From: Armatimonadota bacterium
Lineage (GTDB): Bacteria > Sysuimicrobiota > Sysuimicrobiia > Sysuimicrobiales > Humicultoraceae
Assembly: GCA_037443365.1 (NCBI GenBank)
Contig: JBBIOM010000001.1
Span: 1,693-65,692 of the forward strand
Reading direction: 5' to 3'
Length of the DNA stretch: 64,000 nt
Made by a program: the position numbers and the translations under genes. Shown here piece by piece: positions 57,387 to 64,000 of this stretch. The notes under the pieces are model-generated. The model saw only the letters and a program-made list of their open reading frames with translations, was not told the DNA's origin and ran no database searches. The number at the start of each line of letters is the position of its first letter. Positions within the stretch are counted from its first letter, which is position 1.

Positions 57387-57450
57387 GGTGGAAGGCGCCT
57401 CCTCGAATGCAGCGATGAGAGCGTGCGTCGTCAGTTGGTTCTGGAGGGCT

Positions 57451-57478
57451 ATTCCGTTCGCCGCACCGGAACTCCTGC
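57451..57478 (-). promoter_or_regulatory. Sigma-H-like promoter of spoVS
   Basis: GCAGGA-N18-GAAT. The same motif precedes ftsE and the HEAT gene. Confidence 0.6.
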
Positions 57479-57503
57479 CTGATGCATACGCGCCGGATCC
57501 GGC

Positions 57504-58598
57504 TCAGGCAGGGGCTGACAGGAGCAGCGCTGCCACCCGGCCGATGCTGGCAGATGCAGCCGCTGCCAGGTCCGCGGCGGCCGCTCTCTGGCGCAGGCGT
57601 GCTTCGGCGCGCGAGCGCCAGGCGGCGGCGAGCGCCGCCTCGATCTCCTGCTCTGTGGCGCTCAGACCAAGCGGTGCAGGCAGGCCCGCCCTGGCGGCGA
57701 AGGCGGTCACCTTGGGATCGTAGGCCAGGGCCAACGCGGGCACGCCCTGCATCGTTGCGAAGATGAGGGCGTGCAGGCGCACGCCCAGCACCAGGTCCAT
57801 GGCTCCCACGAGGCCGAGCAGGTCCTGCGGGGATGAGGCCGGCACGACGCGCCCGCCCGAGGCCGAAGCCAGGGCACGGCTGATTTCCATGTCGCGGGCG
57901 TGGTCAAACGGCAGGACGGCGATCCGTGCGCCGTGCGTCGCGGCAAAGCGCCTCAGGCCCCGGCCGATGCCGGAGACATCTACCAGGCCCTTCCAGGGGC
58001 GCACGACCGCTCCCAGGCGCGGGCCTGGGGCGGCCAGGCCGGAAGCGGCCAGCAGCTCCTCCGCGTGCCCTGGCGGCGGAGCAGGCATCAGCGCGGCCAG
58101 ATCGGCCCCCACGTCCACCCTGCGGCTCACCCCCATCGCCCGCAGTTCTGCGGCCGAGGCAGGATCGCGCACATCGATCGCCTGGGCCCGCTCGAACGCG
58201 GCGGCAGCCAGATACCTCACCCACGCCCGCCTGACCGGGCCGATCCCCTGCCCCACGACCACGAGCGGAACCCGGCGCAGTGAAGCCGCGAACATCACGC
58301 CGACGTAGTAGAGGGCGCTGCGCGCGCTGGTCGCATCCTGGACCAAGGATCCGCCTCCACTGATCAGCATGCGCGCGTCCCCGAGCGCCTGCCAGACGGC
58401 AAGCGGGGTGCGCGGGCGCGCCTCCACGCCGTGCAGCGCCGCGGTCCCGGCCGGATCGGCGGAGAGCACGACCAGACGCTGGGCGGCTCCGGCAGCCCGC
58501 AGCCCGACGATCAGCCCGGACAGGACGGCCTCGTCGCCCAGGTTGCCGCAGCCGTAGTAGCCGAGAACTAGGACCGGACCGGTCGCCGCGACAGCCAG
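57504..58598 (-). CDS. csaB: Polysaccharide pyruvyl transferase CsaB (start codon unclear)
   Basis: 'LGYYGCGNLGDEA', 'SGGGSLVQDATS', 'QGIGP', 'RLHALI' and 'YDPKV'. Confidence 0.9.
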   Translation of the reverse strand: MAVAATGPVLVLGYYGCGNLGDEAVLSGLIVGLRAAGAAQRLVVLSADPAGTAALHGVEARPRTPLAVWQALGDARMLISGGGSLVQDATSARSALYYVGVMFAASLRRVPLVVVGQGIGPVRRAWVRYLAAAAFERAQAIDVRDPASAAELRAMGVSRRVDVGADLAALMPAPPPGHAEELLAASGLAAPGPRLGAVVRPWKGLVDVSGIGRGLRRFAATHGARIAVLPFDHARDMEISRALASASGGRVVPASSPQDLLGLVGAMDLVLGVRLHALIFATMQGVPALALAYDPKVTAFAARAGLPAPLGLSATEQEIEAALAAAWRSRAEARLRQRAAAADLAAAASASIGRVAALLLSAPA

Positions 58599-60538
58599 AG
58601 GAGCACCAGAACCGCGGGGACGGCCAGGATCGCGCCCAACAGGAGCGCATTGGCCGTCCGCCACGCCGTGTAGAGCAAAGGGGTGTGCAGGTGCGAGAAC
58701 GAGTTGATCGCGCCGGCGGTGCCGATGGCACCCACGAGCGCGAACGCCAGGGTGACGCGCCTCCATCCAAGGGAAGCCGCTGCGCCGGCTACTGCCAGCG
58801 CCGGATAGCCGATCAGGAACTCCTTGGTCCTGGGGCGCGCCACGAGCAGCCGCTCCAGCACCGTCCGTATGTGCTGTTCGGCCTCGGCCAGGGGCAGGCC
58901 TATGTTGCCGGTGCGCACCAGCAGCATGATGGCCGCAAGCCCTGCGGCCAGCGCGACCAGCGCTGCCCCCAGGCGGAGTGGCTGGGCCACCCAGCCGCCA
59001 AGCTCCTGGACCGTGGCCCTCCAGTCGCCGTGGCGCCGCTGGTCGAAGGCCAGCATCAGGGCGACAAGCGCGACCGGCGCCACGTGCGCCGCCTTCACCC
59101 CCAGAAATGTGGAGAAGGCCAGCATGAACTCCCACCCGCCAAGCAGCGCGGCGACGAATGCGCCGGCGGCGACCGCCGCTGCCACGGCGCGAAGGAGCGT
59201 ACCCCATCCTGCCAGAACCACCCCAAAGCCCGCCCTCTCGACGCGCGGCAGCGCCCAGACGGCCGCGCCGGACGCGCCGGCGATGGCAACACCCAGCGCC
59301 AGAACCTGCCTCCAGATGGGGTCGAACCGCGTGAGCCCGGCGAGCGCCGTCAGCAGCACGGCAACACCCAGGAACGCCGCTTGCGCGCCGCGCGCAACAG
59401 GCACCCCGAGTCGCTGCGCCAAGTCGTCGGCGACCAGCAGGCACAGCGCGGCGGCCCCGAGTGCGGCGATCCAGATCAGTGGAGGGGGCAGGTCTAGCGG
59501 CGGAAGCGGCCGCGCCCGGCCCGTGGCGTATCCCAGCGTCCGCAGCTTCTGCGCCACCGCGTCGACCACGCCCAGGTTGATCTCCAGCGCCGGCGTCCCG
59601 GCAGGCGTCATCAGCATCGGCCGGACGTAGAGCAGCCGGATGTTGCGCTCCACCGCCGCGCGCACGAACTTGTCCACTACCTCGCCGGGCTGCAGCGTCA
59701 GCAACTCCTCCGGGGTGATGCTGAAGACGCGGATCACCGATGGGCGCATCAGCGCTGTGAGGCGATCCTCGCCCTTCTGCTTTCGGCGCGCGGTGAACAC
59801 CTCGATGCGGCCGTAGCGGGCCCCGATGCGCTGGTAGGCGGCCGCCGCGTCTGCCAGTAGCCCCTCATGGCCCTGGACCTCGGTGAGGGCGAAGATCAGC
59901 GTTGGCTGCGAAGCGGTCGCGGCATAGCCTTCGATCACCGCCTGGAGGCTTTCGGGCGTAAGCCCGCGGTAGTTGCGCGGACGCAGCACGACCCCGAGCC
60001 CCGCATCCCGGTAGGGGGCGGCGTCAGCGGGCCGGAACCCCAGGCCCAGTTCTTCGAGGTCGAGCACGGTGCCCAGGACCTCGATGGCGCCGTCGGTCGC
60101 GCGTACCCTCTCGGGACCAAGTAGCGTGGTCAGGCTGCCCGACACGAACCCGAGCGCGTCCGGCGCCCCTGCGATGTAGACCGCGTCGGGGCGCAGCGCG
60201 CCCCTCGCGCGCAACTCGCCGAAGGGCTCCCGCAGGGCGACCATCCTTCCCGCGGAAGCGAGCTGGCCGCCGCCGGCGTAGCTGATCAGGCCTTCCTCGG
60301 AGAGGCGCTTGAGCGTGTTGTCGGACAGCGCCACCGAGACGGCGCCGTGCTGCCGCAGACCTGCCATGACCTCAGGCACGGAGCGTCCCTCGCGCCGGAT
60401 CAGAGACACCCAGTCGTCACCGTCCAGCACGATCTCGACGGCGCGGTACCTGGACTCGAGGCGGTGACGCATGGCCAGCGCGGCCGCGGACGCCAGAAGA
60501 CCGATCACAACCAGCCAGATCAGGGCGCGGCGCGTCAC
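58568..60538 (-). CDS. DUF5693-family membrane protein (csaB-associated)
   Basis: 'RAAVERNIRLLYVRP', 'FLGVK', 'RPRTKEFLIGYP' and 'NSFSHLHTP'. Confidence 0.85.
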   Translation of the reverse strand: MTRRALIWLVVIGLLASAAALAMRHRLESRYRAVEIVLDGDDWVSLIRREGRSVPEVMAGLRQHGAVSVALSDNTLKRLSEEGLISYAGGGQLASAGRMVALREPFGELRARGALRPDAVYIAGAPDALGFVSGSLTTLLGPERVRATDGAIEVLGTVLDLEELGLGFRPADAAPYRDAGLGVVLRPRNYRGLTPESLQAVIEGYAATASQPTLIFALTEVQGHEGLLADAAAAYQRIGARYGRIEVFTARRKQKGEDRLTALMRPSVIRVFSITPEELLTLQPGEVVDKFVRAAVERNIRLLYVRPMLMTPAGTPALEINLGVVDAVAQKLRTLGYATGRARPLPPLDLPPPLIWIAALGAAALCLLVADDLAQRLGVPVARGAQAAFLGVAVLLTALAGLTRFDPIWRQVLALGVAIAGASGAAVWALPRVERAGFGVVLAGWGTLLRAVAAAVAAGAFVAALLGGWEFMLAFSTFLGVKAAHVAPVALVALMLAFDQRRHGDWRATVQELGGWVAQPLRLGAALVALAAGLAAIMLLVRTGNIGLPLAEAEQHIRTVLERLLVARPRTKEFLIGYPALAVAGAAASLGWRRVTLAFALVGAIGTAGAINSFSHLHTPLLYTAWRTANALLLGAILAVPAVLVLLWLSRRPVRS

Positions 60539-61224
60539 CGCGGTGCCCCCATCACACGGGCGCGGATGATGACTCTACCCGCCTCAAGGGCCACCTGGTC
60601 GATCTCCACCGGCACCGGCAGGCCTCGCAGCGACAGAACAGGCGTGGCGATGATGGCCAGCACCGTATTTGCGAGCGCCGGGGGCAGCTCTGTCCCGCCC
60701 ACCTCGAAGGAGGCGACGCGGAAGTGGACATCGGCGCGGTCCGCGGCGTAGAACTGACCGCGAACCGTGGCCGGCCCAAAGACCGGCCCGACGCGCAGCT
60801 GCCCGGTCGCGGTCACGACCCCGGCATCAATCACGACCCTGGGGTTCGCGATGCCCCTGGCGGTCAGGAGGCGCTCGAGATCATCCTGTCCAACCTCGAC
60901 CTGTGCGCTCCCGGACTCGATGCCGCGGATCGGTGGGCCATCTCCCCGGTGGCCGGCCAGGCGGACACCGGCCATCCTGGCCCAGAACCTCCTGGCAGAC
61001 GTATCTCCCAGGGGCAGGTTCGCGGCCTCGATCTCCAGATGGCCTATGCGGCCGAGCGCAAGCGACCAGGCGGTGGTGCGCGCCCTCACGGTCAACCCCG
61101 CCTGTTCGCCGATGTGCGCGCGAACCAACGAAGTCACCCGGTGGCGGACGTAGGCCGACGGCGCCCACCACCACAGCGCCGCCAGCGCAGCGATCCCGAC
61201 CAGCAGCCAGGCGGTGCGGCGCAT
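60535..61224 (-). CDS. DUF2993/LmeA-like membrane-anchored protein
   Basis: N-terminal TM segment, 'GRIGHLEIEA', and a beta-rich tail 'LPVPVEIDQV'. Overlaps both neighbours. Confidence 0.6.
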   Translation of the reverse strand: MRRTAWLLVGIAALAALWWWAPSAYVRHRVTSLVRAHIGEQAGLTVRARTTAWSLALGRIGHLEIEAANLPLGDTSARRFWARMAGVRLAGHRGDGPPIRGIESGSAQVEVGQDDLERLLTARGIANPRVVIDAGVVTATGQLRVGPVFGPATVRGQFYAADRADVHFRVASFEVGGTELPPALANTVLAIIATPVLSLRGLPVPVEIDQVALEAGRVIIRARVMGAPR

Positions 61225-62325
61225 CAGGCCGTCCGCGAGCGTAGCGCGGCCTCGATGAACGGATCGAGCGCGCCGTCGAGCACCGCGGAGGAGTTGCCGG
61301 TCTCGACTCCCGTACGGTGATCCTTGACCATCTGGTACGGATGCAGGACATAGGAGCGGATCTGATTCCCCCACGCCGCCTCCCTGTACTCCCCGCGAAG
61401 CTCGGCCAGGCGCTCGCGCTGCTGCGCCTGGGCGGCCTCCACCAGGCGAGACTTGAGAACGCGCAGCGCGGTCAGCTTGTTGGCGTGCTGGGACCTCTCG
61501 TTCTGGCACTGCGCGACCATCCCGGTAGGTATGTGGATGACGCGCACGGCGGTTTCGACCTTGTTGACGTTCTGGCCACCCGCGCCGCCTGCCCGGTAGG
61601 TCTCGATGCGCACGTCCTCATCGCGCATCTCCACGTCCACATCCTCCACCTCGGGTATGACGTCGGTCAGCGCGAAGGATGTGTGGCGGCGGTGGGCGGC
61701 GTCGAAGGGCGAGAGGCGCACAAGACGGTGCACGCCGCGCTCCGTCCTGAGGTGCCCGTATGAGTAGGGGCCACTGATGATCACCGTAACGCTCTTGATG
61801 CCGGCCTCCTCACCGGGCGAGAGGTCCACGATCTCGGCGGCGTAGCCGCGTGCCTCGGCCCAGCGCAGGTACATCCGGAGCAGCATGGAGGCCCAGTCCT
61901 GAGACTCGGTGCCCCCGGCGCCGGCGTGTATCGAGAGGATCGCGTTGGCGTCGTCGTGCGGGCCTGACAGCAGCGCCGCCGTCTCGATGCGCGACAGGGC
62001 ATCCGCCAACGCGCGCGCCTCGGCCTCCACCTCGGCCGGGTTCACGTCCGCCGGGGACTCGGCCGCGAGTTCCAGGAGCGCTCCGAGGTCGTCGATCTGC
62101 CGCTCGAGGGCACCCACCGTCTCCACGGTGGCGCGTATCTGACTGAGTTCCTGGCCCACGGCGCGCGCCCGCTGTGGATCGGACCAGAGCGTGGGCTGCT
62201 GCATGGCTACCTCGAGTTCCTTGATGCGGGCGTGCTTGGCCGGCAGGTCAAAGATGCCCCCGCAGGTCCTGGAGGCGGCGGCGGCTCTCGTTGAGCCGGG
62301 CGTGCAGGTCGTCGATCTGAATCAT
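61224..62325 (-). CDS. prfB: Peptide chain release factor 2 (programmed +1 frameshift)
   Basis: ORF1 from ATG 62325 ends GGGGG-CAT-CTT-TGA-C (CTT TGA C at 62253-62247). The +1 frame continues to the SPF and GGQ motifs. Confidence 0.96.
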
Positions 62326-62334
62326 GGCCAGTGC

Positions 62335-62343
62335 ATTATACCA
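62335..62343 (-). promoter_or_regulatory. Extended -10 promoter of prfB (near-leaderless)
   Basis: TGGTATAAT ends 9 nt before the ATG, and there is no SD. Confidence 0.55.
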
Positions 62344-62360
62344 GAAGGCCTGGACCGGCT

Positions 62361-63998
62361 CTACCGCAGCCCTGCGAGCGCGAGGATGGCGGCGTCGCCC
62401 AGGCCCCGCGCCGGCCCCAGACCCACCGCGTCCCCTGTGCGGGCGCGCAGCAGGCCGTATCCCGCGCTTGTGAGAAGGTGCCAGAAGAGGATCTCCTGCG
62501 GGACCCGGTCCCATCCGAGGTAGACGGCAACGCCCAGGCACGTCGAGACCACAACGGCGAACACCCACCCGCCCAGTTCTCGGGCGGCCGCGAACACCGC
62601 GCCGCGCAACCAGGACTCGATCGCCACCCCGCTCAGCACGCAGCCCAGCACGGCCACCAGCCATCCGTCCGCCGGGATCCCTGCGCGCATGTGGAGCCCG
62701 TACTGCGCGTAGGCCGCGCGCATCGCCCATACGAGGAGGCCGGTGGCTCCCAGCGAGACGCTGGCCGAGGTCCAGACTCCGCGGCGATTGTGCAGGTGGC
62801 CCCGTCCCACCAGTGCCGAGGCCAGCAGCACCCCCAGCGCGGCAAGAGGAGCAAGGCTCCCGTTACCGGGAGCGATCAGGCGTCCCAGCATCCAGGGCAC
62901 CGCCGGGATGCCCACGGCCGCGGCCAGTCTCCAGGCGGCATCCGGCCGCCGGCGGAGCGCGGCGACGCCGGATGGAACCGCGGCCAGCGCCCATCCGGCA
63001 ACGGCCAGGGGCGCGGCCAGCCACCCCCACGCCACGTACGGCGTGGTGGGGCCGCCGACCGGGAGCGGGGCCGTCAGCACGCCCTCGACGTCGAGCGGCA
63101 ACGAACGCGCGACGGCTCCGTCCGGACCGATCAGCATCGAGGAGCCGGTGTTGGCCGCGCGGGCCACGCTGCGGCCTACCTCAACGGCACGCAGAACGGC
63201 GTGCGCGGCATGCTGGGCCGGCCCCGCTGATCTTCCGAACCACCCGTCGTTGGTGAGCACCGCCACCAGGTCGGCGCCGTTGGCGACCGCGGACCTGACC
63301 TGGAGGGGAAACGCCGACTCGTAGCAGATCACAATCGCGACACTCCCGGCCGGCGCGCGTACAGGCCGCGTCCCTGTGCCGGCGACCACACCGGCCTCGC
63401 CGAATGGGACGAGCCGCTCCTTCACGTAGCGACCCAGCACCCGACCCTCGGGATCCAGCACAACCGCCGCATTGCGCGGGCCTGCCAGGAGCCCGCCCGC
63501 CACCACCACCGCGCCGGCGGCGCTGCGACCTACGGCTGATCTCACATCTCGGGCCTCGTCGAGATCGACCGGCAGCGCGGTTTCGGGGTACACGATGATT
63601 TCAGCGCCGCCAGAGGACGCCTCGCCGGTCTGCCGCAACAGGCCTTCGATGATCGGCGCAACGGCCAACGCACCCCCCCCAGGCCGCATTGTCACGTTGG
63701 GCTGCACGACGGCCACGATCCGCCTCGGGCCTCCCCGCGCTGTCTCGCCGGCCACGCGCGCAAGGGTCGCGCCGCACGCCACGGCAGCCGCGGCTACCAG
63801 CGCGGCCGAGGCCAGGGCGATGAGCCGCGGGCGCGTTCGCCGCCGCGAGATCGCGACCGCCACCGCCGCATTCACCAGGGCTATCAGGCCGGAGATTCCG
63901 TGAACCCCAACCGCGGAGGCCAGCCCGAGGGTAACCGGCGTCCGGTACTGGGTCAAGCCGAGCAGGCCCCAGGGGAACCCAAGCGGCCCCACCGAGCG
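62361..63998 (-). CDS. lnt: Apolipoprotein N-acyltransferase fused to a degenerate CPBP/Abi-like membrane domain (5' end beyond the window)
   Basis: 'GFPWGLLG', 'VQPN', 'YPE', 'KERLVPFGE', 'ICYES', 'TNDGWF' and 'AANTG', followed by about 200 additional hydrophobic residues. Confidence 0.9.
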   Translation of the reverse strand, partial: RSVGPLGFPWGLLGLTQYRTPVTLGLASAVGVHGISGLIALVNAAVAVAISRRRTRPRLIALASAALVAAAAVACGATLARVAGETARGGPRRIVAVVQPNVTMRPGGGALAVAPIIEGLLRQTGEASSGGAEIIVYPETALPVDLDEARDVRSAVGRSAAGAVVVAGGLLAGPRNAAVVLDPEGRVLGRYVKERLVPFGEAGVVAGTGTRPVRAPAGSVAIVICYESAFPLQVRSAVANGADLVAVLTNDGWFGRSAGPAQHAAHAVLRAVEVGRSVARAANTGSSMLIGPDGAVARSLPLDVEGVLTAPLPVGGPTTPYVAWGWLAAPLAVAGWALAAVPSGVAALRRRPDAAWRLAAAVGIPAVPWMLGRLIAPGNGSLAPLAALGVLLASALVGRGHLHNRRGVWTSASVSLGATGLLVWAMRAAYAQYGLHMRAGIPADGWLVAVLGCVLSGVAIESWLRGAVFAAARELGGWVFAVVVSTCLGVAVYLGWDRVPQEILFWHLLTSAGYGLLRARTGDAVGLGPARGLGDAAILALAGLR

Positions 63999-64000
63999 CG

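Noticed and set aside
1-64000. Many long antisense or alternate-frame ORFs (e.g. 2839-4497 +, 18616-20355 +, 36832-38784 +, 49601-51031 -)
   Set aside because: They are Arg/Pro/Ala/Gly-rich shadows of real genes, expected at this GC content, and have no recognisable motifs.

Overview
A high-GC bacterial chromosome segment made almost entirely of housekeeping operons, mostly on the minus strand. The gene set (T-box riboswitch, spoVS, csaB/DUF5693, scpAB, RseB, Lnt) suggests a diderm Terrabacteria lineage such as Armatimonadota or relatives; this is an inference only. Contents in order: end of a type IV pilin cluster; the lysA-S2P-scpAB-MTase-btuF-btuD-cmk-plsC operon; a 1.65-kb IS-derived island carrying a VapBC-type toxin-antitoxin pair; a secreted glycoside-hydrolase-like protein; pdaD-speE-speB; ECF sigma/anti-sigma/RseB; comEA; leuS; sdhACDB; molybdenum cofactor genes; tdh-kbl; a liv ABC transporter; proline and glutamate dehydrogenases; ftsEX-envC-ctpA; surE; hpt with a nucleoside ABC transporter; tRNA-Gln/glnS; gltX; prs; spoVS; csaB; prfB with its +1 frameshift; lnt. 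The most striking observation is a complete tRNA-Ala(GGC) gene inside stem III of the leucine (CUC-specifier) T-box riboswitch of leuS, that is, a non-cognate tRNA between the sensor and the antiterminator. Other notable observations are a degenerate composite transposon with an 11-bp target duplication around vapBC, a recurring sigma-H-like promoter (AGGA-N17/18-GAAT), a PD-(D/E)XK-like ORF coupled to hpt, an Lnt fused to a degenerate CPBP domain, and a probable pseudo-glycosidase. All calls come from reading motifs by eye; no database searches were run.
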